DNA of 64,000 nucleotides, from the NCBI GenBank assembly GCA_038087875.1, contig CM075990.1, positions 4,094,001 to 4,158,000 on the forward strand, read 5' to 3'. The DNA is from Malacoraja senta (taxonomy: Eukaryota). Made by a program: the position numbers and the translations under genes. The notes below the pieces were generated by a model. It had not been told where the DNA came from. It saw only the letters and a list, made by a program, of their open reading frames with translations, and searched no databases. Shown piece after piece: positions 1 to 18,006 of the stretch; the stretch's first letter is position 1, and each line of letters opens with the position of its first letter.

Positions 1-72
1 ACCACATCCCATTTAGAAAATGCAAACATCCAGAAGAAAATTTGAACAAACTAAAGGAAAAAATGCTTGTAC

Positions 73-256
73 CTTCTAGTCTTTGTATTTTGGCCTTCAC
101 AGAAATCACAGTCTCGAATGGTGACACTCTGAGTTCAAAACAAGTTCCTGTGAGTGTTTCAATGAAAAGCTCCATTGTCTCGTAAAAAGGGAATTTATAG
201 CTTATAGGCCCAGAATTATCCTCATTAAAGGAAGGCGGTTCCTTCTTGTTTTCCAT
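73..256 (-). CDS. ZFAND4: ZFAND4 (AN1-type zinc finger protein 4 / ANUBL1) first coding exon; gene continues beyond the left edge
   Basis: Manual translation MENKKEPPSFNEDNSGPISYKFPFYETMELFIETLTGTCFELRVSPFETVISVKAKIQRLE-G matches the recalled ZFAND4 N-terminus and ubiquitin-like domain (MELFIETLTGTCFELRVSPFETVISVKAKI). ATG in gaaATGg context; GT donor at 72-71 (phase 1). Not in the ORF track. Confidence 0.95.
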
Positions 257-384
257 TTCAATGCAATCCACTGGTTTCGGAGGACAGCTTATGATGAAAG
301 CTGGCCCCACGTTAGCTGCAGATGGAGATTGCATCCAAATCGCATTTGAGGCTGGTTCGCGATGACCATGACCAAGCAGTCCTT
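257..384 (-). other. ZFAND4: 5'UTR part of ZFAND4 exon 2
   Basis: Acceptor gctcttgttttctgacccccAG ends at 385, with a pyrimidine tract. Confidence 0.7.
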
Positions 385-922
385 CTGGGGGTCAGAAAAC
401 AAGAGCAAATATTACCACTGATGGCCATTGATCTCCTTTCCTGAGGAACATAATATTATGGGCTTTAAAACAAAATTGGTTACGGAGGTGCTAATATAAC
501 ATTCAAACTCCCAAACAACAGGCTCGCCAAAAGAAAAAATCAAATCTGTCTTTTAAAAAAAATAAAAGACAATGACAACAAATCTGTAACAATAATTTGG
601 AGAGGGGAATTAATCGCTCTGAGGTTAATTCACTTTACAACATTACAATAGAAGTATTAGTGAACTGGGTGCCAATTTATTTTGCAGATGGCACACAAAC
701 AAGAATAACATGATACCACCATATTTGTTCATTGAAAGTAGACTGGAGACTAAATATAAATTGCTTGAAATACTCAATTTCAGAGAGCAACTTTAAAAAG
801 AGACAGCATTAGCATTTCAAGTCAGAGATCTTTCATTAGAGCTGGGAAAAACATTTAAATAAAGGTAACGGGAGGTCAGAGTAAGATTATGTTTCTTTGA
901 CTGTACAATGTATTACCAAGAG

Positions 923-1280
923 CAATAGACAATAGCAATGGGTGCAGGAGTAGACCATGCAGGAGTAGACCAGCACCGCCATTCAATGTGATCATGGCTG
1001 ATCATCCCCAATCAGTACCCCGTTCCTGCCTTCTCCCCATATCCCCTGACTCCGCTATTTTTAAGAGCCCTATCTAGCTCTCTCTTGAAAGCATCCAGAG
1101 AACCTGCCTCCACCGCCCTCTGAGGCAGAGAATTCCACAGACTCAACACTCTGTGAGAAAAAGTGTTTCCTCGTCTCCGTTCTAAATGGCTTACTCCTTA
1201 TTCTTAAACTGTGGCCCTGGTTCTGGACTCCCCCAACATCGGGAACATGTTTCCTGCCTCTAGTGTGTCCAAGCCCTTAA
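923..1280 (-). mobile_element. CR1 3' end
   Basis: (CTATTGT)n tail, hairpin 3'UTR, and the SRTRGHSLRI...FFSQ region. Confidence 0.9.
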
Positions 1281-1419
1281 CGCAGGGGCGTGGACTTTCC
1301 CCATCGGCCAGGCTTTACTAATAACGAGAGAGAAATCAAGCCAAAAATAACAACAGCAGAAAGCCAGTTCTGATACAGGCAGATAGCAGGAATTGCCCAA
1401 ATTTGGAGACTTTGATTTT

Positions 1420-1955
1420 AGGTTGGGAGGTCATGTTGCAGTTGTATAAGATGTTGGTGGGACCACATTTAGAGTATTGTGTTCAGTTCTGGGCACCATG
1501 TTATTGGAAAGATGTTGTCAAGCTGGAATGGGTAGAGAGATTTACGAGGAAGTTGCCAGAACTAGAGGGTCTGAGATATAGGGAAAGGTTGAATAGGCTG
1601 GAACTCTATTCCTTGAAGTGCAGTAGGATGAGGGGTGATTTTATAGAGGTGCCCAGAGTAGGTGAACCGAGGACTAGAGGACATAGATTGAAGGTGAAAA
1701 GATTTAATAGGAATGTGAGGGGTAACTTTTTCACACAAAGGGTGGTGGGTGTATGGAACAAGCTGCCAGAGGAGGTAATTGAGGCTGGGACTATACCAAT
1801 GTTTAAGAAACAGTAAGACAGGTACATGGATAGGACGGGTTTGGAGGGATATGGACCAAACGCAGGCAGGTGGGACTAGTGTAGCTGGGACATTGTTGGC
1901 CGGTGTGGGCAAGGTGGGCCGAAGTGCTTGTTTCCACACTGTATCACTTTATGGC
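1420..1955 (+). mobile_element. CR1 3' fragment (second subfamily)
   Basis: LYKMLVGPHLEYCVQFWAP...TRGHRLKV...VWNKLP. Confidence 0.9.
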
Positions 1956-1984
1956 TCTAAGCCCCAAAAATTACAAAATGTGTC

Positions 1985-2200
1985 CTCAAACTTGTGCCAG
2001 GCCACACTGGAACAGAGGAGGCAACAGATGGGTAGATAGATCACAGTGAAACAGGGATGGAGATCTAAAATGAAAGACAACCAGAAGCCCAGAACTGCTC
2101 CTGCAGACTGAACACAGATCCTCCATAAAGTGATCATGTAATCTGTGTTTGGTTTCTCCAATGTAAAAGACGGAAAGACATTGAGAACAATGTGTAAAAG
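1985..2200 (-). mobile_element. Old Penelope GIY-YIG fragment (others near 2280-2420, 14040-14330, 43030-43240, 48985-49200)
   Basis: CSQCLSVFYIGETKHRLHDHF. Confidence 0.7.
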
Positions 2201-2434
2201 ACATTGTGAACAATATACTAGATTGAAAGTAATGCAACTAAATTGCTGCTTCACAAAAAAAGATTATTTAGGTAGAACAGTTACCACCTGTTCTTATCCC
2301 TTCCCACCATCCTGGACCCAGACTGTCGGTGAAGCAGCAATTCACCAGCACTTCTTCCAAACATGTTTACTGGTTTTGCTGGTCACAATGTTGTCTCTTC
2401 TATACACTGAAGAAACCAGACATGGATTGAAGGA

Positions 2435-2641
2435 AGATAGACACAAAAAGCTGGAGTAACTCAGTGGGTCAGGCAGCAACTCTGGAGAGAAGGAATGGGT
2501 GACGTTTTGGGTTGAGACCGTTCTTCAGACCCGAAACGTCACCCATTCCTTCTCTCCAGTGATGCTGCCTGTCCCGCTGAGTTACTCCAGCCTTTTGTGC
2601 CTATCTTCAGTTGAAACCAGCATCGAGAGTTCCTTTCCTAC
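2435..2641 (+). mobile_element. Penelope-derived fold-back element (duplicate at ~7438-7644)
   Basis: Inverted arms plus tail; 15 bp TSD ACATGGATTGAAGGA at 2420-2434 and 2642-2656. Confidence 0.88.
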
Positions 2642-3924
2642 ACATGGATTGAAGGATCTTTCTTTATCAGAACTGGTCATTTCTGCTATAACTCAAACAT
2701 TGGTGACTTATAGTTTGTTTTTCTCTGTCTGACCTGAATGCTCACAACCCAGTTTTTGCAATACATTGTACACACAAAATGACATCACCCTCCGCTTTCC
2801 CATCCTATCACGTTAACTACCTTCATCCTATCCATTCCCACCAACGCCTCCTCTGCAACATATAATTACCTTTTGTAAAAATATCTTTCCTAGTACTGAA
2901 ACTATTTCTCTTTCTGCTGGCTCACCTGCTGAGTGTTTCCAGCATATGCTGTGTTTATTTCAGATTTCCAGCAACTGTGTTTTTTAAAGTTTTAGACAGT
3001 AAACAATTTGTAGAAACAAGGAACCGAGGAGGTTGGTTTAACAACTTGTACAGATTAGACCTGCTTTTCGTGGACAGGATATACCAGGGAAATTTTCCAC
3101 AATGTCACGTAAATGTCAGGATTGTAACTGTTCTGGAACAGCATGCCAGAGATGCAGTCATAGTTCTATTAATCCCACCAAGAATCTTGTCCCATAGCCA
3201 GTAACCCTATCCAGTATTCCTAACCCTTTCTTACACTTACAAGCAAGAAGTAAATTGGCTGGAGACTGGCATCTGTAATGCTAGGGCTCTCTTGAGGAAA
3301 CCAAGATGGATTGTTCCCTTAGCACTTTCAGCTTAATGGAATGGCAAATGTTTCAGCCTTTCCAGCACTGTCATTGCCTTGCCTTTGTTGAAGACAGGCA
3401 TGATCTTGGAGCCTCACTTCTCCATGAGTTGCTTAATTCCCCACCGTTAATCTGACCTTTACCCACAGAGTTCCATGTTAATCTGGAAAATCGATTGTTA
3501 ATCTGGCTGCCTGACCACTGTCAGGGGAACACTCTGACCCCCCCACCCATGGAGGTCATTGTCAGGGGAGCCCACAGACCCCCATCCCCAGGAGCAGTCA
3601 GTGTTAGGCTGGTCGTCTGACCCCCCACCCCAGGCGATCAGTGTTAAAGCGACCCTGTGATCCATACCCCAAGTGGTCAGTGTCAGGCTGGCCATCTGGA
3701 CTCTAACCTGGGGAACATTGACAGGGTAGCCCTCTGACCCATGGGGGTCGTTGCCAAGATTACCATCTAACCCCGACTACTGGGGGACAGTGTTCATTTG
3801 GCTCTGTGACCCCTACCCCTGTGGGGGGGGGGGGGGTCAGTGTCAGGTTGGTCCCCTCCCCATGGGCTGCACGATGCTATGACACAGACCCGGCTGTAAG
3901 GAGCTCCCTCCTTCTCTACCAACC

Positions 3925-4360
3925 CCATCTCCCCATGCCTCACACCCTCCCCCCTCTTTCTTCCTCCCCTTTTTCCACCACCCCTCCCCTTCCCCTTCAC
4001 ACCATCTCCCCCCCTCTTCCTCCCTTCTCTACCTCCCCCTCCCTCTTTTTCACCACCCCTCTCTCCCTCCCTTTCCCTCAATATCTCCCCCCCTCTCTTC
4101 TCTAACTCCCCTCCCTCTTTTCCACCACCCATCTCATTCCCCTTCCCCCCTCTCTTCTCTACCACCCCTCTCCCTCCCTTTCCCTCAACATCTCCCCTCC
4201 CCCCCCCCCTCTTCCTCTCTTCTCTACCTCCCCTCCCTCCCCTCCCTCTTTTCCACCACCCCTCTCCCTCCCTTTCCCTCAACATATCTCCCTCCCCTTC
4301 CCACCATCTCTCCTCCCTTCCCTCCCCTCTTCCCTTCTTCCCCTTCCTCCCTCCCTCCCC
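3925..4360. repeat. C/T-rich low-complexity tract in ZFAND4 intron 1 (duplicate 8920-9408 has one extra unit)
   Basis: Recurring CCACCACCCCTCTCCCTCCCTTTCCCTCAA-like units. Confidence 0.9.
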
Positions 4361-4830
4361 ACGGGCGCCGACTCACCGGGCTGGGTGGCCCGCCGCTCTC
4401 TCACATGGTCCGGCGGTGGGTCCCGAGTGAGTGAGTGGGTGCGTGAGTGAGTGAGTGAGTGAAGCGGAGCGGCCGCCGCCACCAGACCCGCCGCCGCCGG
4501 GAGGGAGGGAGGGAGGGAGAGGGGGGGAGGGGGAGGCGGCACCACTTTGTGACGCGCCGCGCTGACTGACAGCCCCCGCGGCCAATGAGCGGGCGGCGCG
4601 GGCGCGCGGAGCGTTCGGCGGGAACGTCAGCGCGGGCCCGGGCCAATGGGAGCGCGGGACCGGGCCGGGGGGTGGGCGGGACTTCGGCGGCCAGCGGACC
4701 CGGATGTTCACCCCATCTCCAACAACAATCAACACGTGATCCGCCCTGCGCACGCGCACCATGCGCCCCGGCCCAGCCCGGCCTGGGGACAACCTGGTGG
4801 CGGCGGCTCCACAGGTAACTCTGACATGGG
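4360..4830 (-). promoter_or_regulatory. CpG-island promoter of ZFAND4 (copy 1)
   Basis: Very GC/CpG-rich. CCAAT at 4582 and 4643, GC box GGGCGGG 4674, E-box CACGTG 4733, NRF1-like TGCGCACGCGCA 4747, TGACG half-CRE 4550. Confidence 0.8.
4377..4550 (-). other. ZFAND4: ZFAND4 non-coding exon 1 (copy 1); 5' boundary approximate
   Basis: Strong donor CCG|GTGAGT at 4376-4371 inside the CpG island, oriented toward exon 2. Confidence 0.65.
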
Positions 4831-4852
4831 GCAGTGACAGGACGTGCAGCTC

Positions 4853-5520
<668 letters not shown>

Positions 5521-6214
5521 CAGCCGTGCTTCCGACACAAAACCAAACTGAGTATGTAGGAAGGAACTGCAGATGTTGAAGCCAAAGATAGACACAAAAA
5601 GCTAGAGTAACTCAGTGGGTCAGGCAGCATCTCTGGACAAAAGGAAAAGGTGACCTTTACGGGTCAAGACCCTTCTCCAGACCACCAAACTGAAATCCCC
5701 CTCTAAGTGGCCAATGCCCTCTCCCTCTAATGCCAACACCTTGAAAGGAGGTCACAAAGTGCAGTAACTCAGCAGGTCAGGCAACATCAATGGAGAACAT
5801 GGTTCGGCGACATTTTGGTTTTATGACCCTTCTTCACACCTTCTTCTTGAAAGATAGAAGATGGTCCAAAGAAGGATCTCGACCTGAAATGTCACCTATT
5901 CCTTTTCTCCAGAGATGTTGCCTGACCCGCCGAGTTACTCCATTTTGTGTCTATCTTCGGTGTAAACCAGCATCTACAGTTCCTTCCTACACTTCTCCTT
6001 GAATGATGTTGGCTGCTAAATACTGAGCTTCTCAGGTCTTCCAAACGAGCCCTTATGCAGCATTTTGAAATAAAGCATTGATAATTCCTCATCCCCTACC
6101 CCCCTCAGCTCCCACCCACCCACAGATGTTGCTCGACCCACTGAGTTCCTCCAGCAGATTGTTTCTTCAACTACTCCAGTAGATTGAGTTAACTTGGCAT
6201 GTCAACAAATATTC

Positions 6215-6690
6215 TCTTGAATTGTACAGGTGTACAGTAGAGAGCATGTTAACTGGTTGCTTCAGGGACTGGTTGAACAACTTCAATGCTCACAAGGAGA
6301 TTACAGAGAGTAGTGGACACTGCTAGGTCCATCACGGGTCATGATCTCCCACCGATAGAAAGGATCTACAGAAGGCGCTGACTCAAAAAGATACCCAAAG
6401 ACTTCAAAGACCCACAACACCCTGGCCACGCTTTCATTCCACTCCGACCATTGGGAAGAAGGTACTGGAGTCTGAAAACTGTGTCCACCAGGTTCAGATA
6501 TGGCTTCTTCCCAACAACCATCAGGCTCTTGAACACTACACAACACTAACCACAACTATGAACTATAGACCGTCTTTAGTTGCACTAAGAGTTTTGGCAT
6601 TTTTTAGCAGTAGTATTGGGGTTATTAATTTATTGATATTTTTGTTTGTTATATTTTATCTGTGTGTATTGTGTACTAGTCTGCTGCTAC
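6215..6690 (+). mobile_element. Rex1/Babar LINE 3' fragment (duplicate at ~11358-11833)
   Basis: Degenerate RLQRVVDTA...DPQHPGH...GRRY.SLKT...FFPTTIRLLN. Confidence 0.75.
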
Positions 6691-6976
6691 TAGTCAAACC
6701 CCGGTCCCACGGTACGAGTTCATTCCAAGAGCTCTCCCGAGTTTGCCCTGATTCGAACTCGGAGATTTACGGTAATGGCCACTCGTCGGTACTCAGGGCT
6801 CTCGTGGACATTTTTCAACATGTTGAAAAATCTTCATGAGTCTTCCCGTGCTTACCTGCCGTTAGCGAGTCTTCCCGAGTACCTGCCGTTAGCGTTACGA
6901 GTCGCTAAGAGACGTCCCCGAGCTCCGACGTACCCGCTACGTTCATTCTCCGTGCTTACCACGAGTTTGATTTTTT

Positions 6977-7176
6977 NNNNNNNNNNNNNNNNNNNNNNNN
7001 NNNNNNNNNNNNNNNNNNNNNNNNNNNNNNNNNNNNNNNNNNNNNNNNNNNNNNNNNNNNNNNNNNNNNNNNNNNNNNNNNNNNNNNNNNNNNNNNNNNN
7101 NNNNNNNNNNNNNNNNNNNNNNNNNNNNNNNNNNNNNNNNNNNNNNNNNNNNNNNNNNNNNNNNNNNNNNNNNNNN
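6977..7176. other. Assembly gap (200 N)
   Basis: Run of N. Confidence 1.
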
Positions 7177-12119
<4,943 letters not shown>

Positions 12120-12269
12120 AAAAACTCGGGAGAGCTCTTGGAATGAACTCGTACCGTGGGACAGGGCCATAAGAATGGCAATGTTCTGTTATCGGTACAT
12201 ACGACATTCAAACATTCTTGACCCTTGAAACGTTTGTCAGCTGGATGTAAATCCCTATCCAAGAGCAGC

Positions 12270-12530
12270 ACCAGAGACCCGGGTTCGATCCCAACCACGG
12301 GTGCTGTCTGTATGGAGTTTGTATGTTCTCCCCGTGATCTGCGTGGGTTTTCTCCGGGATCTCTGGTTTCTACCCACACTCCAAAGACGTGCAGGTTTGT
12401 AGGTTAATTGGTTTTGGTAAAATTACGAATTGTCCCTAGTGTGTGTAGGGTAGTGTTAATGATCGGCGTGGACTCGGTGGGCCGAAGGGCCTGTTTCCGC
12501 ACACCATCTCTGAACTAAACTAAACTAAAC
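12270..12530 (+). mobile_element. HE1-like V-SINE
   Basis: B box GGTTCGATCC, V-domain GGAGTTTGTATGTTCTCCCCGTG, CR1-shared tail GGGCCGAAGGGCCTGTTTCC and (CTAAA)n. Confidence 0.88.
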
Positions 12531-13504
12531 CTGATGAAGGAGAATGATGCTGGCCCACTTGTACAGCCAATAACCTTGAGAAAGGTACTTTCGTGTAATT
12601 TTCCTGGTTGCAGCACCAACATATTAAATGTTCAAGGTCGTGTTCATTATCACTTAACCAACTAAGGTACAGTGAACCCATTGAACCCATCACTGAATGT
12701 CAAATCAATATGGCAAGAATGCCCTTCTGAACAATTTTTCATGTCAGTCTTTTGGCCAGAAGGCAATGCGGCAAATGGCATTAGCGCAGATGGGCATCTT
12801 GGTCGACATGGACTTAACGGCCTGTTTCGGTTCAAAAAAGACACAACGTGCTGGAGTAACTTTAGAATAACACGATGGCACATCAGTTGAGTTGCTGCCT
12901 CACAGCGCCAGAGACCCAGGTTCGATCCTTACCACAGGTGCTGTCTGTACAGAGTTTGTACATTTCCCCGGGACTGCGTGGGTTTTCTTTGGGAGCTCTG
13001 GTCTCCTCCCACATTCCAAAGACGTACAGGTTTGTGGGTCATTTGGCTTGGGTAAGAATTATAAATTGTCCATAGTGTATGGGTGACCACTGGTCGACGC
13101 AGACTCAGTGGGCCGAAGAGCCTGTTTCCGCGTTGCAGCTCTGAATGAAACTAGACTGACTCAGTGGATCAGGCAGCCTCTGCGCAGGACATGGATAGGC
13201 AACAATAGTCAGGACTCTACCTGGAGCTTGTTTCTGTGCTGTATGTTTACATGTTGAGTCTCATTGTCTCCAGCGAATTGCTTTGAAATTTTGAATGTCA
13301 AACTTATTTTCCATTCTCTCTTTTTTTCTCAAAAGATTATTCTGGTCTCTCTTTCTGCAGCAGTACAGTGGCACAACAGGTCCATTGACCTGGGTGCTAT
13401 CCTGGTCTCCAGTGCCATGTGTGTAGAGTTATCATATTCTCCTTGTGACCAAGTTGATTTCCCGTGAACGCTCCAGTTTCCTCCCACAGACAGGCAGGTT
13501 GGTA

Positions 13505-13957
13505 AGTTCAAGAGTTCAAGTTCAAGAGAGTTTATTGTCATGTGTCCCTGATAGGACAAGGACAATGTTCTTGCTTTGCTTTAGTACACCAGAACATAGT
13601 AGGCACGAGCACAGAACAGGTCAGTGTGTCCATATACCGTTGTGTAAATATATACACACATGAATAAATAAACTGATAAAGTGCAAATAAACAGATTATG
13701 GGCTATTAATGTTCAGAGTTTTGTCCGAGCCGAGTTTAATAGCCTGATGGCTGTGGGGAAGTAGCTGTTCCTGAACCTGGTCGTTGCAGTCTTCAGGCTC
13801 CTGTACCTTCTACCTGAAGGTAGTGGGGAGATGAATGTATGGCCCGGATGGTGTGGGTCCTTGATGATGCTGCCAGCCTTTTTGAGGCAGCGACTGTGAT
13901 AGATTCCCATCGATGGAAGGGAGGTCAGAGCCGATGATGGACTGGGCAGTGTTTACT
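13505..13957 (-). mobile_element. Rex1/Babar LINE 3' end (other fragments near 53720-54045 and 56690-56900)
   Basis: RCLKKAGSIIKDPHHPGHTFISPLPSGRRYRSLKTATTRFRNSYFPTAIRLLN; (CTTGAA)n tail. Confidence 0.85.
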
Positions 13958-15379
13958 ACTTATTGTAGTCTTTGTTACTGGTTAACTGGTTACTGTAAAT
14001 GACTTCAAATGTAATGTGCTGTGGGCTCCTCAGTTGATGAAAGGAACATCGGGGTCCCTGGACAGAGGAGGTACAGGGACAAGTATTGCTTCTCCTGCGG
14101 TGGCAGCGGAAGGTACCAGGGAGTTGCGGAGGGAATAGTCTCTGCGGAAGGCAGAAAGTGATGGAGATGCGAAGATGTGGCCAGTGGTGGGATCTTATTG
14201 GAGGTGGGGAAAATGTCTGAAGATTGTGTGTTGTATGCAACGGCTGATGGGGTGAAAGGTAAGGACTCGGGGGACTCTATCCCTGTTGTGACAGGGGGAG
14301 GGGGAGCAAGAGTGGGGAATAAGGAGACCAATATTCCAGACATGGTCTCCCCACTGCCCCCCTGAAGCAGAACCACCCTACCCTCACAGTAAATTAAATG
14401 TCCTATCCTAATTACTCATCAGACCCTCATACTCGTGTATTCACAAAGCCTGTTTCCCAGGGTTGGGGAATCAAGAACTATGGTGCAAAGGTTTAAGGTT
14501 AAGAAGGGAAAGATTTAATAGCAACCCGAGGGGCAGCTTTTTCCACACAGAGGGTGGTGGGGGCTACCAGAGACAGGTGCTATCACAGTATTTAAAAGAC
14601 ATTTGGATAGGTACATGGCTTGTTTAGTTTAGCTTGGAGATACACCACAAAAACAGGCCCTTCGGCCCACCGGGTCCGCGCCGACCAGCGATCCCCGCAC
14701 ATTAACACTATCCTACACCCACTAGGGACAATTTTTACATTTACCAAGGCAATTAACCTACAAACCTGTACATCTTTGTAGTGTGGGGTATGGGTCAAAC
14801 GCAGGCAAATGGGACTAGCTTAGATGGGGCATCTTGGTCGGCATGGACAAATACTTAGCAAGCACCTATATAAAGAACATCCTCTTTTTCATATTGGTTT
14901 AGAGATACAGCGCGAAAACAGGCTCCAGCACACAATTTTCAGCCAATTAACCTACGTCTTTGGAGTGTGGGAGGAAACCGGAACACCCGGAGAAAACCCA
15001 CGCAGGTCGCGGGGAGAACGCACAATCTCCGCAAAGGCAAGCACTAGACAGGATCGAGCCTGGGTCTCTGGCACAAGAAGGCAGCAATTCTACCGCTCTG
15101 CCACCGTACCGGCCTGACATTTTTCCTGTTAAAAATAACAGACAAGGAATGGAGGTGGAATGTTCAACATCTGTGATAGAGCAGAGAGTAAAGGCCACTT
15201 TGGGAATTGTGAGATATAAAATATGTATTGGAATTATGCCAGACTGTAATAGTGGAGACAGGGGACAGAAGAGAGGCACTCAGCAAAGCCATCAAGCAAG
15301 CACAACGTGGGTCAGGCCAGACTTTATGGTCTTCAGATTTCAGAGCTAATGGAGAGGTTGGCCAAAGAACTAGTGGGGC

Positions 15380-15682
15380 ATAGTTTAGTTTTAGTTTAGT
15401 TTAGAGATACAGCAGGGAAACAGGCCCTTCTGCACCGACCATCGATCCCTGCATATTATAACACTATCCTAGGGACAATTTACATTTATACCAAGCCAAT
15501 GAACCTGCAAACCTGTACGTCTTTGGAGTGTGGGATGAAACCGAAGATCTTGGAGAAAACCCATGCGGTCACAGGGAGAACGTACAAACTCCGTACAGAC
15601 AGCACCCGTAGTTGGGGTCGAACCTGTGTCTCTGGTGCTGTAAGCGCTGTAAGGCAGCAACTCTACAGCTGCACCACCATGC
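15380..15682 (-). mobile_element. HE1-like V-SINE
   Basis: tRNA-like head, V-domain and (CTAAA)n tail. Confidence 0.85.
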
Positions 15683-16397
15683 CGATACCTGCCGCCTCAG
15701 GTTTAAGGTGAGAAGGGAAAGGTTTAAAGGAGATGTACAAGGGCAACTATATTTACACAGAGCGTGGTAAGTGCCTGGATCGTGCTGCCAGGGAGGGTGG
15801 TTGAAGCAGATACGTTTGTGGTTTAAAATACTTTTGGATAGGCATGACTTACCTATATTCAATCTCCTTTGTCACCTCCTCAATAACCTCACAGGTAGAT
15901 AAGCAATGGTCTTGGCAACATGTGCGGCACAGACATAGTGGGCCGAAGGGCCTGCTCTTGTGCTGTACAGCTATATGTTCCAATCCAATAGTTCTGCAGC
16001 AGCGAAGTGATGATCTTGGCATCAAGTGCATCACAGATATTGCGGGACAAAGGGCCTGTTCATGTGCTATGCTGTTCAATGTTAACTGCAAGTGCTGGCG
16101 GCGATAAAGAGACTGCCACCTGGTTTTACCGAGAATGTTATCGACCATAGAGATACTGTGGAGTGATGGAGATCCAACTGACTATAACGATGATCTAAGG
16201 GGCCACCCCGCCACCCCCACCCCCACCCCCACACCCACCCTCAGTGCCAGTACTGGGAAACATAGTTGGTTCACAACACTCTCAAAAACAATGACGGTGT
16301 TAGATAGTACAAGATCTCCTTCATGCCGAGCGCCCAAACATGGGAAGGAACCATGATTCAGGAGCGAAGGACAGCAGGGAACCACCCCCACCCCGGC

Positions 16398-17740
16398 CAG
16401 AGTGGATGTGGAGACGATGTTTCCACTAGTGGGAGAGTCTACGACCAGTGGGCACAGCCTCAGAATTAAAGGACGTACCTTTAGTAAGGATAGACACAAA
16501 ATGTTGGAGTAACTCAGCACCTCTGGCAGCATCTCTGGGGAGAAGGAATGGGTGACGACACATTCCTTCTCTCCAGAGATGCTGTCTGACCAGCTGAGTT
16601 ACTCCAGCATTTTGTGTCTATCTCCGATTTAAACCAGCATCTGCAGTTCCTTCCAATACCTTTAAGAAGGAGATGAGGAGGAATTTCTTCAGTCAGAGGG
16701 TGGTGAATCTCTGGAATTCATTGCTGCAGAAGGCTGTAGAGGCCAAATCAATGGATATCTTTAAGGTGGAGATTGACAGATTCTTGATTAGTACAGGTGT
16801 CAGGGGTTATGGGGAGAAGTCAGGAGAATGGGGTTGAGAGGGAAAGATAAATCAGCCATGATTGAATGGCGGATTAGACTTAATGGCCTAATTCTGTTCC
16901 TATAACCTATGAGATGTGGTCCTGCAGTAGGTGGAGTTCAAAAGCATTTCGGAAGCATACGTATTTTCAAGAGACGGTCATGCATTTTGGCAGAAGTAAA
17001 AGGAGTCGACTACTTTCTAAATGAGGAGAGGATTCAGAAATCAGAGATGCAAAGGGCCTTGGGAGTGTTGGTGCAGGATTCCCAAAAGGTTAATTTGCCA
17101 GTTGAATGGGTAGCAAGGAATGCAATTCAATTCATTTCAAGGGGACTAGAATGTAAAAGCAAGGATGTAATGCTGAGGCTTTATAAAGTGCTAGTGAGGT
17201 AACATTTGGAATATTGTGAGCAGTTTTAGGTGCTATATCTGAAGAAGGATGTGCTAGTGTTGGAGAGGTTCCAGAGGAGGTTTAGGTAAATAATCCTGGG
17301 AATGATTGGGTTAATGTATGGAGAGCGTTTGATGGCTCTGGGCCTGTACTCTCTGGAGTTTAGGATGAGGGGAAATCTCATTGAAATCTACCAGATAATG
17401 AAAAGCCTGGATGTGGAAAGAATGTTTCCAGTAATGGGAGAGTCTAGAACCAGAGGGAACGGCCTCAGAATAAAAGGACGTATCTTTGGAATGGAGATGA
17501 CATTTCTTCGGGCTGTGGTGGTGAATCTATGGAATTCATTGCCGTAGATGGCTGTGGGCTAAGACAATGGGAATTTTAAAAGCGGAGATTGACAGGTTCT
17601 TGGTTAGTAAGGGAATCAAAGGGGGGAAGGCAGGAGATGAGGATTGAGAGGGTAAAATAGATCAGCCGTGATAGAATGGTGGAATAGACTTGATGGGCCG
17701 AATGGCCTAATTCTGCTCTTATGTCTTATGGTTTTATGGA
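16398..17740 (+). mobile_element. Two adjacent degenerate CR1 3' fragments
   Basis: ESRTRG and VVNLWNSLP motifs, two 3'UTR ends (~16910 and ~17740). Confidence 0.85.
16491..16656 (+). mobile_element. Penelope-derived fold-back element inserted in a CR1
   Basis: Inverted arms; imperfect TSD at 16476-16490 and 16657-16671. Confidence 0.82.
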
Positions 17741-18006
17741 AGCAAAGCCTGAAAAGTCTGACATATATTCCATATGGAAACAAGGGTCAGGAATAAAGAG
17801 AACCCCCGGGAAAGTGTCATATCACACAGGATGAAGGATGAGAGCCAATTGGATACAAAACTGGATTGAAGGCAGGAGACAGAGTGTGGAGGCAGAGGGT
17901 CTTTCGAACATCACTGAACACTGATGGCACCTGCAGGATGATACCTGGACAGCACAGTAAGTGTGCAAACATGAATGAGGCAACAAACTTGGTGAACTTG
18001 CACGAT

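Noticed and set aside
3505..3850. Repeat-like array with dyad symmetry suggesting CRISPR
   Set aside because: Vertebrate context, degenerate units without unique spacers, no cas genes.
12531..12570. TGATGA box C-like motif suggesting a snoRNA
   Set aside because: No matching box D with terminal stem, intergenic location; better explained as a SINE-associated tag.
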